From positions 64,105-128,104 of the forward strand of contig CAYLQP010000002.1 in the NCBI GenBank assembly GCA_964386665.1: DNA of 64,000 nt. Reading direction: 5' to 3'. This document shows positions 9,467 to 19,571 of this stretch, in pieces. Position 1 is the stretch's first letter. Each line of letters starts with the position of its first letter. This stretch comes from an uncultured Candidatus Saccharibacteria bacterium. GTDB lineage: Bacteria; Patescibacteriota; Minisyncoccia; Phycocordibacterales; CAIRYW01. The notes beneath the pieces were generated by a model that worked only from the letters and a program-made list of their open reading frames with translations, did not search any database and was not told the origin of the DNA. A program made the translations under genes and the position numbers.

Positions 9467-9864
9467 TGTCCAAAAAACTCCAAACTATGATCAGTAATTG
9501 TTTTAAATTTTTTTGATTTTGATGAAATAGTTTTTTGAATTTCGGCAGATAAGCACACATCTACATCTTCAACATCACCACAATCAGTACAGACAATATG
9601 ATGGTGATGATTGTCGGCAAGTTCAAAGCATACTGCATCTTTTCGCAGATCTACCCTTCGTACAATTCCTTTTTTTGCAAATGAAGTAAGAGTTCGATAC
9701 ACGGTTACGTTATTTGTTTGCTTGTCTTTAAGCTTCTTAAAGATAGCTTCTGCATCGAGTGGTACCTGACTTTCGGACAAGATGTGGAGTATTTCAAGAC
9801 GAGCAGGAGTGACCTTAAACTGATGTGACTTGAGTAGTTTTTCTTGTAAAGATTGATTATTCAT
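9448..9864 (-). CDS. Fur-family transcriptional regulator (Zur-like)
   Basis: KVTPARLEIL, TVYRTL, HHHHIVCTDCG, C-terminal CKKC; start set at MNNQ after a -10 box. Confidence 0.92.
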   Translation of the reverse strand: MNNQSLQEKLLKSHQFKVTPARLEILHILSESQVPLDAEAIFKKLKDKQTNNVTVYRTLTSFAKKGIVRRVDLRKDAVCFELADNHHHHIVCTDCGDVEDVDVCLSAEIQKTISSKSKKFKTITDHSLEFFGQCKKCR

Positions 9865-9905
9865 ACAAACAACAATACCATAAAAAGAAGCTTGTTTCAA
9901 ACTAG

Positions 9906-9922
9906 ATGCAATTTACTTGCAT
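9906..9922. promoter_or_regulatory. Putative Fur/Zur operator
   Basis: ATGCAA-TTTAC-TTGCAT palindrome between the divergent regulator and ZIP genes, overlapping a possible -35. Confidence 0.65.
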
Positions 9923-9974
9923 TTGAAATATTTCTGTGTTAAGCTTGTTATATTAAACAATTACAACTGATTTT

Positions 9975-10790
9975 ATGTTCCCACTCATCATCGCATCAAT
10001 TATTATTATGTTTGCTTCCCTATCTGGGATTGCTCTTGCGTCAAAAGTCTTTGCAAAGTGTATGAAAAAAAACTTACATTTTTTGGTAAGTTTTTCAGCT
10101 GGAGTCTTTCTTGTTGTTACATACGGGCTTGCTACCGAAGCACTTGAACATAACACACTACAAACAGGTCTTCTTTGGATCCTTATTGGATGTGTTGCAA
10201 CCTGGCTTTTAATGAAGATTATCCCAGAATCTCACCATCACCACGAAGAAGGATCAGACCACACCCACTCTTCTATCGATGCTCGAAAAATGGTGCTTGC
10301 TGATACGGTTCATAACCTAGGAGATGGAATCTTACTTGCAGGGGCTTTTACAGTAAGTGTATCGTTTGGAATCATTACGGCTGTTGGTGTACTAATCCAC
10401 GAAATCCTTGAAGAAATCTCAGAATTCTTTGTAATGAAAGAAGCGGGATGGTCAACTAAAAAAGCGCTTGTTATTAACTTCTTCACTTCAGGTTCAATTC
10501 TCATTGGTTCTATTGGTGCGTATTTCTTGTTTGAAAAGATGGAAAAAGCTGAACCAATTCTACTTGCGCTTGCTGCCGGAGTATTTCTTGTTGTAGTACT
10601 ACAAGACCTTATTCCTCACTCTATTCGGACATCATCAAAAGAAAAACATATCTGTCTCAAAAAACATATAATTTGGTTTTTGTTTGGAATTATTCTTATG
10701 TCTGGAGTAAACACATTCCTTTCTCATAAACACGATCATGAAGAAGAGTATTCCAAAGAAGAATCTATACGTCAAGAAATCAATCATTAA
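9975..10790 (+). CDS. ZIP-family divalent metal (zinc) transporter
   Basis: SFSAGVFL, His-rich loop HHHHEEGSDHTH, DTVHNLGDG, IHEILEE. Confidence 0.92.
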   Translation: MFPLIIASIIIMFASLSGIALASKVFAKCMKKNLHFLVSFSAGVFLVVTYGLATEALEHNTLQTGLLWILIGCVATWLLMKIIPESHHHHEEGSDHTHSSIDARKMVLADTVHNLGDGILLAGAFTVSVSFGIITAVGVLIHEILEEISEFFVMKEAGWSTKKALVINFFTSGSILIGSIGAYFLFEKMEKAEPILLALAAGVFLVVVLQDLIPHSIRTSSKEKHICLKKHIIWFLFGIILMSGVNTFLSHKHDHEEEYSKEESIRQEINH

Positions 10791-10807
10791 AACGAGTACA
10801 TTATTTT

Positions 10808-10852
10808 AATTCAAAACAAAAACCTCTTTAAAAGAGGTTTTTGTTTTGAATT
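10808..10852. terminator. Bidirectional terminator
   Basis: 22-bp perfect inverted repeat AATTCAAAACAAAAACCTCTTT/AAAGAGGTTTTTGTTTTGAATT between convergent genes. Confidence 0.85.
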
Positions 10853-10865
10853 ATTTGTTCTTCTA

Positions 10866-13800
10866 CTACTCTCTCCCCAACACTTCCCTCGTCTTAGGTC
10901 CTACAAGTCCTGCTACCACCTCAGTAGCTGAAGAGATGATCTTGTGCTTTAGCTGGAACTTAATGACTGCAGCTTTTGTTGCATATCCAAAGAGGGTTGT
11001 TTCACTTCCCTTTGATCCAGGGCCTGTTTGTGCTACTTGTGTATCAGGATCACTGTTGAGTACTTTTTGGAGTTCTTTTACGTCTGTATTGTTGTCACCG
11101 AATTTAAGAAGTTTAGTAAATATAAATCGAGAAGTAGTTGAGATTGGTGAAGAAGTATTTCCTTGTAGTTTTGCAAGTTGTGCCTTCAACTCTGCAAGAC
11201 GAGCAAGGAGGGTTGCAATGAGGTCAGAATCTGAGGCTTGTGCGATGAGTTGTTTGTTAACTGAACGAGGTCTGCTTCCTGATACAGAACCTGATGTTTC
11301 AGTTCCAAAAAGTCCAAAGACTGAGAAATGAGTTGTAGTGCAAGTCACCGTATTAGCATTTACATTCACTGTACAACCAGAAAGTTCTGACCAAACCGAT
11401 CCATCATATCGATAAATTTTAAGAGTTGATTCATCCACATCTGACACATCAGTGTCTTCATATGTAAGAGTAATTGTAATTGGTTCATCAAAGGTTGTAA
11501 GTGTTGTTGTGGCATTTAGATATGCTTTAAGATCATATATGTGACCATCGGCAACTGCTTTACCTGTCGGACTATCAATACTTTGAACCACATTAGTATC
11601 TGTGATAATTTTGATTTGGAATGTAAGATTTGATGCTTCAGTTGTTACATCAGCTGGTACTTCAAGATCGATTTGTTGCCCTCCTGAGGTAAGTGAAAGG
11701 TCTGCTCCACTTGAGACAGTGACATTGTCCACTTGAGTGTTTTCTACACTAGCAGACCCTGTGCATCCTGTTGTTGTAAACGTAGAACCTGTTCCATACC
11801 CAACATTTGTTGAAACATCGATTGATGCAACTCTAAAATAGTATTTGGTACAAGATAGTAGGTCTGCAATAGTGACTGAATGACTTGAAACTCGGGGTGA
11901 AGTGTCTGCTTCTGTCGTTGTTGCAGAGTATGTACTACTTACCCCATATGCCACCAAAGAAGATGAATCTTCATCTGTATTCCAGGTAATAGTCACAGAA
12001 GACGATGAAGGTGTTGCAGAGACGCTTGAAACATTTGGTGCTCCTGTATCAGCTGTTGTGGTGAATGTGTAATCAGTTGATGTTGCATAGTTGTATGAAG
12101 CATCACCTGAAGAAACGCGGAAATGATATGTCGTGCTTTCCGAAAGACCTGTAAGTGTAATTGAGTGATTTGTTGTTAATGTATTTGAAGAAGAGGCACT
12201 TCCATATGAAGAAGTGGTTCCGTATTCAACAGTTGAGGTTGCATTTTCGTTTGTTGTCCATGTGATTGTTGCTGTGGTTGTGTTTGTTGAAGAAGCAATA
12301 GAAGAAATGATTGGTGCTGTTGTATCAGGTGCAGTAGTTGTTCGTAATGTATATTCACTACTTGTTGCATAGTTGTTTGCAGCATCTTTTGATACTACTA
12401 CAAAGTAGTAGAGCGTGTCTGCAGAGAGTCCTGTAAGTCCAAGTGAGTGACTTGTTACCGTTGATGCACTTGATGTACTTGTGGTGTATGTTCCCGCTGA
12501 AGTTCCGTAAGATACTTTAGAGTCTGATGATTCGTCAGTTGCCCATGTGACTGTTGCAGTTGTTGCAGCTGTGCTTGAGGCTACAGAAGAGATAGTGGGA
12601 GCAGTGGAGTCATCTGAAATAGTAAATGCACGTGCAGTGGATGTTGAAGTAATACCATCAAGATCAGTGACACTTGTGTACAAGTTATAGTTACCATTTG
12701 AAAGTCCTGAGAAAGTATTTCGCATTCCATACGCTGTTGTTCTCCACACTGACCAATAATCAGCTTCTGTTCCTACATACAAATATTCTCCCGTACTATC
12801 CCAAGAAATTCCTTCTGGCATTTCAAACAAAAAGTTTGAGCCACTGTCCGCTCTTGCCACAACTCCTTTTTGTGCAACTACACTACAGTTTGATGTATCA
12901 GAAACATTAACCTCAAGTATTTTGTCCCCCATATGTGAAAGAACATACAAATGATTATTAGTTGGTTCAAAATACAAACCTGAAATATCAGAATATCCAG
13001 GACTTGCAGGAAATCGAGTTGCATTAGTTTCAGTCAATGCAGCAAAATCCAAGTTAGTACAAATCTGTTGATTTGTTGCACTATGTGTTGCAATATCTCC
13101 AAACGTTACTTCATAGAGTTTTGGTACTCCAGCTGCACTTTCTTGACCTTCAAGAGCAGTGAAGGCTTTGCCGTTATTTGAGTTATATGCCAAACCTTCA
13201 AGTCCATTGTTGGTTGCAGGGGAACTACTAATCCCTGTAGACCAATAGTTAGTTCGGTTTACAGTTGCCGCTCCCGTTGAATGAATGACGACTCTAAAAA
13301 TCTGGTGACTTGTTGTTGATCCATCTTCAGTTGAAATCAAAAACGTATGATCATACCCTCCCGCAGTTGTGGAAGCAACACTTGATACCAAAGTAATGTC
13401 TTCAGCATCATTACAACTTGAACATGTAATTGTCCGTAAACTTACTCCGGAAGTCGTGACTTCGTGTATAACGTTTTGGTTGTTGTGAATAGTAAATAAT
13501 GTATTTGTGGTTGGAACATACACAATTCCAGATAAATCTCCCGTAAGAGAAAGATCAGCTTTGTCTGTAGTAGTCGCAAGATGATTAACGTTATAGTCTC
13601 CATATCTTGTTGATGTAGTTGCGTGAGAAATAAGTGATCCTAGAGCAGTTTCAAGCCTAAATGTTATATAGTCTGGGTTTGCAATAGTTGAAGAAGCGTA
13701 TCCCGTAATTGAAGTAGAGGTCGTAGAAACACCATTAGAAATAGTTGGAGAAATAAAAGAAATCACTGTTTGTGGCGTAGCAGAAACAGTCGAAGAAGTA

Positions 13801-15167
13801 GCACTTCGCAAACCACTATTACTTGCTGCGACTCTAAAGTCATATGCCGAGTTATTAGTAAGTCCTGTCACCAACGTACTTGTTGCAGTAGATACTGCAT
13901 CACTAAATGCAGTCCAAGTCGCATCAGCAGAAAGTTTATATTCTACAAAGTAATCTGTAACGGTTCCAGTTGAAGTCGTCCATTTTACATTTACTTTTCC
14001 ATCATACCCAGTTGCAACAAGAGCAGTTGGAGTTCCTGGAGCAGCATCACTTACACCATATGTAACTAAACCATCAGCTCCTCCTGTATATGTTGCGTTA
14101 AGCCAATTTGCAGATCGTGTTGTATTTGAAATACGAAATTCATCAAGTTGTCCATCAAGGTTTCCATTCTTTAACGCATTGTTTCTTCCGATTGAATTAG
14201 TCTCTCCTAAGACTTCCATTCCACAAGTTGGAGATACAGGAGTACCTGTTGCAGCCTCATTGAGATAAAGCTTCATATTGTTTGTGCCTCCGTTTTTGTC
14301 CCAAACCGCCGCAGTGTAATACCAAGCGTCAAGTGTAGGTGCAACTGAAGTAACAATACTGTTTACGGTCGCTCCACATTCGATTCGATATGTTAATTTG
14401 TTAGATGCGGCAGAATCAGTAAACAGACGCCATTCTCCTTGCCAGGTACCAGACTTTACACGTGAGAACAAATATCGTCCAGAAGTCGTCGCAGCGTAGT
14501 TGTCGATATTAAACCACATTTCCACTGTTCCTGCGTTAAGTGGAATAGAAACAGTAGTACTTGCAGTTTCAATAAAACCTGAAGTTCCATTTAAATCTAA
14601 ACCGTCAGAAAATTGTGCAGTTGTAGTTGCAGTAATGTTTGTTGATGTTGCGTGTGTGTTATTTGATGTGCTATCAAATAAGTTTGCTCCTGAAGCAAGT
14701 GGGTTATCATCCATATGATACACAGAAAGATAGTTACTGTCCCAAACAGCGGTAGTTGAAGCGGTAGTAGGAGCATCAGTTGCACTTGAGTTATCATAAT
14801 ACAAATAAATATAGTCTGTTGCTGAAGAAGCATCTATTTGTGGCACCTTAACCCATACAGTTGATGTACCTGTTGTATCCCATTTTTCTATTTCATAGTT
14901 AAGTACAGTTACTCCATCAGCATCGACAAATCGAATATCGTTTCCACCAGTAACAAAATCAGCATAAGAAGTTCGAGTATTGTTTAAAAATACCGCAAGA
15001 GGAAAGTTAACCAAATTCTCAGCACGACCTGAGTTGTTAATAGTTAACTTAATCCGTTTAGTCCAACTCGAATCCCACCACGCATCATCAGCGTATACGT
15101 TATTAAATGGATAAGAAAGTAATAAAAATAATGCAATAAAAAAAGAATATATGTATGTTCGTCTCAT
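10866..15167 (-). CDS. Large secreted surface protein: DUF2341 + LamG + FN3 + YjiK/SdiA-regulated-like propeller + 3 FN3-like repeats + peptidoglycan-binding domain
   Basis: Signal peptide; DIRFVD..LNYEIEKW..VWVKVP; GQLDEFRISN; LSGIVY/EGLAY/PEGISW; three APxISSxxS..ATITW.T.E repeats; DVKELQKVLN..FG..TK.AV.KFQ..G.VGPKTR. Confidence 0.85.
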   Translation of the reverse strand: MRRTYIYSFFIALFLLLSYPFNNVYADDAWWDSSWTKRIKLTINNSGRAENLVNFPLAVFLNNTRTSYADFVTGGNDIRFVDADGVTVLNYEIEKWDTTGTSTVWVKVPQIDASSATDYIYLYYDNSSATDAPTTASTTAVWDSNYLSVYHMDDNPLASGANLFDSTSNNTHATSTNITATTTAQFSDGLDLNGTSGFIETASTTVSIPLNAGTVEMWFNIDNYAATTSGRYLFSRVKSGTWQGEWRLFTDSAASNKLTYRIECGATVNSIVTSVAPTLDAWYYTAAVWDKNGGTNNMKLYLNEAATGTPVSPTCGMEVLGETNSIGRNNALKNGNLDGQLDEFRISNTTRSANWLNATYTGGADGLVTYGVSDAAPGTPTALVATGYDGKVNVKWTTSTGTVTDYFVEYKLSADATWTAFSDAVSTATSTLVTGLTNNSAYDFRVAASNSGLRSATSSTVSATPQTVISFISPTISNGVSTTSTSITGYASSTIANPDYITFRLETALGSLISHATTSTRYGDYNVNHLATTTDKADLSLTGDLSGIVYVPTTNTLFTIHNNQNVIHEVTTSGVSLRTITCSSCNDAEDITLVSSVASTTAGGYDHTFLISTEDGSTTSHQIFRVVIHSTGAATVNRTNYWSTGISSSPATNNGLEGLAYNSNNGKAFTALEGQESAAGVPKLYEVTFGDIATHSATNQQICTNLDFAALTETNATRFPASPGYSDISGLYFEPTNNHLYVLSHMGDKILEVNVSDTSNCSVVAQKGVVARADSGSNFLFEMPEGISWDSTGEYLYVGTEADYWSVWRTTAYGMRNTFSGLSNGNYNLYTSVTDLDGITSTSTARAFTISDDSTAPTISSVASSTAATTATVTWATDESSDSKVSYGTSAGTYTTSTSSASTVTSHSLGLTGLSADTLYYFVVVSKDAANNYATSSEYTLRTTTAPDTTAPIISSIASSTNTTTATITWTTNENATSTVEYGTTSSYGSASSSNTLTTNHSITLTGLSESTTYHFRVSSGDASYNYATSTDYTFTTTADTGAPNVSSVSATPSSSSVTITWNTDEDSSSLVAYGVSSTYSATTTEADTSPRVSSHSVTIADLLSCTKYYFRVASIDVSTNVGYGTGSTFTTTGCTGSASVENTQVDNVTVSSGADLSLTSGGQQIDLEVPADVTTEASNLTFQIKIITDTNVVQSIDSPTGKAVADGHIYDLKAYLNATTTLTTFDEPITITLTYEDTDVSDVDESTLKIYRYDGSVWSELSGCTVNVNANTVTCTTTHFSVFGLFGTETSGSVSGSRPRSVNKQLIAQASDSDLIATLLARLAELKAQLAKLQGNTSSPISTTSRFIFTKLLKFGDNNTDVKELQKVLNSDPDTQVAQTGPGSKGSETTLFGYATKAAVIKFQLKHKIISSATEVVAGLVGPKTREVLGRE

Positions 15168-15196
15168 TATTTTATTATAAACCATACACTTCTCTC

Positions 15197-15922
15197 TTAC
15201 AATAACTTTGCACCCTGACGAATATCTTGTTTTTCTTCGAAGGAGAACTTTTCAAGTGCATAAGAAAGCGTAGTTGAGTGAATGAACGGTCTGTGTGTTT
15301 TTAAAAAACTTTTCAACAGTTCCTTGTCTCTTTTTCCTACTTCTCGAAGCATCCATCCAACTGCTTTGTGTATCAGATCATGTTTATGAGCCAACAATTG
15401 TCTACTTATCTCTAATGTGTCAGAAAAATCGTTTTGTCTAATAAATGCAAATGTCGCAACAATAGCGATTCGGTTCTTCCACAGGTCTTTTGATTTTGAA
15501 AAGGTATACAATACAGAGCGATCCTTTTTTTCTAAAAGCCACGCACCAAGCAAATGATACGCTGAAGCATCCACCAAATCCCAATTATTAACAAAAGCAA
15601 GATGAGTTTTATACATCGTAATGATTTGTTTTTGAGATACAACCCCTTTGTTGAATTGAAGTATCATTATAAACAAAGCAATAAGTCGTGCCTCGTGATA
15701 AGGGTTTTTAAGTAATATAGCAATTTCTTTTAGAGGAAGATCTTTCGCCTTGCCTGCAATATTTCGACACTCCGGCACTGTTAATCCAAGAAACATATCC
15801 CCTGCTCCATACTGCCCTTTTTTCGTCTTAAAAAAACGCATCGATAAAAGCGCTTTCTTTTTATTTCCAGATTTTTTTAACACATTTAACACTTCTTTAC
15901 CTGTATTCATTTTTTCAGTCAA
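15197..15922 (-). CDS. DNA alkylation repair protein (AlkD-like)
   Basis: FFKTKKGQYG.GD.FLG, NNWDLVD, IHKAVGWMLREVGKR. Confidence 0.9.
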   Translation of the reverse strand: MTEKMNTGKEVLNVLKKSGNKKKALLSMRFFKTKKGQYGAGDMFLGLTVPECRNIAGKAKDLPLKEIAILLKNPYHEARLIALFIMILQFNKGVVSQKQIITMYKTHLAFVNNWDLVDASAYHLLGAWLLEKKDRSVLYTFSKSKDLWKNRIAIVATFAFIRQNDFSDTLEISRQLLAHKHDLIHKAVGWMLREVGKRDKELLKSFLKTHRPFIHSTTLSYALEKFSFEEKQDIRQGAKLL

Positions 15923-15937
15923 AAGTGATATGTTCTC

Positions 15938-16420
15938 CTAATTACTCGTATTGGTTCTCTTTTTTAAATCAGTATAACTAAAAAGTATATCAAACCCTTT
16001 GCACCAGATAAGTATCTTTGAATATTCTTCGATATGAACTGTATCTGGAATAAGATAATTAAAATTCCCTTCGGTTGCCTTAAGAGGACCAAGATCAATA
16101 AAGCTCTGTGCTTCCAAATCCTTTGACATATACACCCTCAGGTCTGGACCGCTCATGGTTTCAAAGTTTTCAAACCGAAGATATAAGTTACGATCTGCCC
16201 CTTCAATGAGCGCCAGCGTCCCTTTTACATCGTGTGCTGAAGGAATCATATCAACCTTTGTTACAATGCCAAGTGCCTGACTTTTTACTCCATCTTTGTT
16301 AGTAGAAACAATTATTGGCGCAGGCTCATCAAGATGCACTTTCTTAAACGTAGGAAATACAACATACCAAAAGACTCCAAGAAGTACTAATACAATAATT
16401 GCTGTAATAATTTTTTTCAT
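15938..16420 (-). CDS. DM13-domain membrane-anchored protein
   Basis: LRFENF...GPDLRVY, LG.LK...GN.NY, IWC..F. Confidence 0.85.
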   Translation of the reverse strand: MKKIITAIIVLVLLGVFWYVVFPTFKKVHLDEPAPIIVSTNKDGVKSQALGIVTKVDMIPSAHDVKGTLALIEGADRNLYLRFENFETMSGPDLRVYMSKDLEAQSFIDLGPLKATEGNFNYLIPDTVHIEEYSKILIWCKGFDILFSYTDLKKRTNTSN

Positions 16421-16435
16421 ACTTTTACATACATA

Positions 16436-17062
16436 TTAACATCCAAACCCATTTGCAGGGCAAGTTGCGTTTTCGACATTTTCTTTACGTACTTTTATTT
16501 CTCCAGCTTCTTTTCCTGTTGTAATGTATTGATACGCCCAGGTCGAATACCATTCATGCTGATGATTGAAGCTTTGCCAATCGTTTCGCCATTCATTCCA
16601 ACCAATATTTAAATGCTTCACATATATATTATGATCAACAAGCATTTTACCGATCTTTCGACTCGTCATACAGGCAGTTGAATAACAATATGTAATAATT
16701 TCTTTATCTTTTGGAATAAGTTGAAATGACTCGACAATCCGTTCGACTGCTCCATAGTCAGGAGTATTCTTGTCTTTGTATGCTGGAATGTTGATTGCAC
16801 CTGTGATATGTCCCGCTTCATACTCCTCTGCACTTCGCAGATCAACAAGTACCGCATCGAACTCACCTGCATCCATTTTGAGACGCATTCCATGAGGACT
16901 CACACTCACAAGGTTTTCAGTATTATAATAGTCACGAATCAAGTTTTGTTCTTGTTCGCGCGGAGTTTCTTTGGTATGTATTTTGTACATATATGTAGAA
17001 CCAAGAAGACTTAAAAGAACCGAAGTTGCCACTAATAATATATCTCGTTTTGTAATATCCAT
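16436..17062 (-). CDS. Membrane-anchored rhodanese-domain protein
   Basis: VDLRS.EEY.AGHI.GAINIP, YCYSTAC, L.IGW.EW. Confidence 0.85.
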   Translation of the reverse strand: MDITKRDILLVATSVLLSLLGSTYMYKIHTKETPREQEQNLIRDYYNTENLVSVSPHGMRLKMDAGEFDAVLVDLRSAEEYEAGHITGAINIPAYKDKNTPDYGAVERIVESFQLIPKDKEIITYCYSTACMTSRKIGKMLVDHNIYVKHLNIGWNEWRNDWQSFNHQHEWYSTWAYQYITTGKEAGEIKVRKENVENATCPANGFGC

Positions 17063-17127
17063 ACACATAATTATACGTCAAACAAAGCCGACTGCAAGAC
17101 TTTCAAAAAAACACTTTTTAGCATACT

Positions 17128-17751
17128 ATGGTCTATATGTCAGATATAGATAGATTATATACAAAACATCAAGAGGCTTTTGAAACATACCTAAAGGAAC
17201 TTCTTTTGTGGAACGAACAATTTAACCTAACTGCTATCCGTACCCCAGAAGAAATCAAAGTAAAGCATTTCTTTGATTCACTCACTCTTCTCCCTTTTAT
17301 CCCCAAAGGGGTAAAAACACTTGTAGATGTAGGCAGTGGAGCCGGATTTCCAGGTATCCCTCTTGCAATAGTGCGCCCTGACCTTTTGGTTACCCTTGTT
17401 GAATCAGTTGGTAAGAAGACTACGTTTCTGGAACATATAGTCACAACACTTGGACTGAAGAATGTTGAAGTGATTTACGCTCGTGCCGAAGAGGTCGCAA
17501 CTCATCCCGATTATTTTGAGAGCTTTGATGTTGGTGTCGCTCGTGCAGTTGCCAAGCTCGACAAACTCGCAGGATTTGTACTTCCACTTATAAAAAAGCA
17601 CGGTATCTTTCTTGCCCAAAAAGGTACACTCGAAAATATAGCCGAATCAGAAAATGAAGTTACTGTGCACAGTGGTAAAATTATTTCTACCGAAACGATT
17701 ACCGAAAAAGATTTAAAAGATAGAATTGTTGTAATAATAAAAAAGACCTAG
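17128..17751 (+). CDS. rsmG: 16S rRNA m7G527 methyltransferase
   Basis: WN..FNLTAI, HFFDSL, DVGSGAGFPGIPLAI, ARAVA. Confidence 0.95.
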   Translation: MVYMSDIDRLYTKHQEAFETYLKELLLWNEQFNLTAIRTPEEIKVKHFFDSLTLLPFIPKGVKTLVDVGSGAGFPGIPLAIVRPDLLVTLVESVGKKTTFLEHIVTTLGLKNVEVIYARAEEVATHPDYFESFDVGVARAVAKLDKLAGFVLPLIKKHGIFLAQKGTLENIAESENEVTVHSGKIISTETITEKDLKDRIVVIIKKT

Positions 17752-17794
17752 CTCACACAAGAGCTCGCTTTACACTACATAGCTGAATCAAGTT

Positions 17795-19516
17795 TTACGC
17801 AGCGACATCTACCACGTCCCGATCTTTATCAAAACTTCCTCCCGGACGTTGAATCGCGATTACTTGTTTATTTTTGTTGTTTATCTGAACCACCCTTCCA
17901 AATTGTTCTCGTGCAAGCCCCATTTCATCAGGAACATCTCTATGTCCAATAAACCATCTCGCATTTCCCGCATTAACATTTGCAAGTGTTCCGTCAACGG
18001 CTTCTTGTGAAGAACCATCCTTAGTATTGTCTGTCCAAGTAAGACTTATATTAGTATCTCGTGACCTTCCTTCCACTTCAGCTTGAGTAAGAGCTTTATC
18101 AGGTACTGTATGCGTCACTACAATTTGACCTGTTTTTGATCGTACCATTACAGGTAAGGCTTCTTCGAATTGGGCATACTTCTGCAAAAAGTCATCTCCG
18201 TATGTTGTAGTCACCCATTCTTTTACTTGCTGCGATTCATTGGCAAACTTATGATATTTTTTTATTTTTTCTGCTATATCGTCATGGTTTCCTCTCGTAT
18301 AATGAAACGAATCTGGGTACGCACTTTTCAAATCCATAACCATTTTCATTGCACCAAGAGACTTAACCATTTCTCGTTTCATAAATTCAGCTTGCAAAAT
18401 AGGAAGGATTTTTTGAAACACTGCTACTGCCGGAGCCTGATTACCAGCTTGTTTGATTTCAACAAACGTCATTTGCTTTAAGGGCTTTCCCGCCACAGCT
18501 TCAAGTGCCTGTTTGTATTCAACAACCCTATCAAATACATTTCGATCTGTTGTTTCAGCCAAGAAACCATCGATATCATACTTCAATAAATTTACCTCCC
18601 AATTCTTTCCACTTTCAGAATGCATCCCGTCACCAACACACACAATGTTTATTTCTCCTCGTTTTAATTTTGCGTGAACACTCTCACCATCTATTTGATA
18701 CTTTAATACATTAACCAAAAAATCTCGTCGTGCATGAATATCAGAAATAACAATAGTTGGTACATCTTCTCTTTCGAGAGTAGCAATACCTTTGTGTCTT
18801 CCAAGTGCTTCAATCGCTTTTTCAAGAGATTGTGTGTATTCCTCTTTTGTTTCAAGACTGGTATTATGCGCAAAAGCTTCAACAGAAGAAATGTTCTTAA
18901 CATCAAGAGAGTTTTTTTGTTCTTGTTTTAGTTCTGAAGTTTGAGATTCTGGAACAACTATCTGTTGTGGTTGTGGTGTTTGAGGCGCTTGAACTGCAAC
19001 GCTAGCCTGTTTTGCAAAAGCAAGTGCAAGTCTTTGTTGGAGATGTATAAGAGTAACTTGTAAATGCGAACGTTTTTGATCGAATTGCACTTCAAATTGC
19101 CTATCTTCTTCTTTTGCTGTACCCCATTCATTTTGCAGAACATGAAGTGCATACAACTCTTCTTTTGAAAGATGTTTAGCATATCTTGCAATAAACTCAT
19201 CTCCCGATTGAATTGCTTCACGAATAAATTCTCCGGCTTGTATTTGAAATTCAGAAAATCTGCTTCTGGTCGCTTCATCTAACTTGGCATATAAATCTTC
19301 AATTTGACGATTCTTAGACTGTTCCTGAAGTTCATATTGTTGTCTAAATGCTCGAATAACCTCCTCTCTTTCTTGTTGTTGAATCCTTTGTTTCTCTGGA
19401 TCGGTTTTGACTGCAAGTACCCACATTTCTTCGAGTAAATCAGGATCAACAAGCTCTCGATAACGAGTTGGAATACGATCAAGTAGGCTTGGTTGTGTAG
19501 TGGACTCAGGCTGCAT
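17795..19516 (-). CDS. Coiled-coil N-terminus + calcineurin-like metallophosphoesterase
   Basis: Motifs ISDIH, VGDGMH, RGNHD, VTH, IGH. Confidence 0.75.
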   Translation of the reverse strand: MQPESTTQPSLLDRIPTRYRELVDPDLLEEMWVLAVKTDPEKQRIQQQEREEVIRAFRQQYELQEQSKNRQIEDLYAKLDEATRSRFSEFQIQAGEFIREAIQSGDEFIARYAKHLSKEELYALHVLQNEWGTAKEEDRQFEVQFDQKRSHLQVTLIHLQQRLALAFAKQASVAVQAPQTPQPQQIVVPESQTSELKQEQKNSLDVKNISSVEAFAHNTSLETKEEYTQSLEKAIEALGRHKGIATLEREDVPTIVISDIHARRDFLVNVLKYQIDGESVHAKLKRGEINIVCVGDGMHSESGKNWEVNLLKYDIDGFLAETTDRNVFDRVVEYKQALEAVAGKPLKQMTFVEIKQAGNQAPAVAVFQKILPILQAEFMKREMVKSLGAMKMVMDLKSAYPDSFHYTRGNHDDIAEKIKKYHKFANESQQVKEWVTTTYGDDFLQKYAQFEEALPVMVRSKTGQIVVTHTVPDKALTQAEVEGRSRDTNISLTWTDNTKDGSSQEAVDGTLANVNAGNARWFIGHRDVPDEMGLAREQFGRVVQINNKNKQVIAIQRPGGSFDKDRDVVDVAA

Positions 19517-19571
19517 ATAACTTTATAAAAAGGATATCAGAAAAGAGCAATATATGCTACCATAAGCAATA

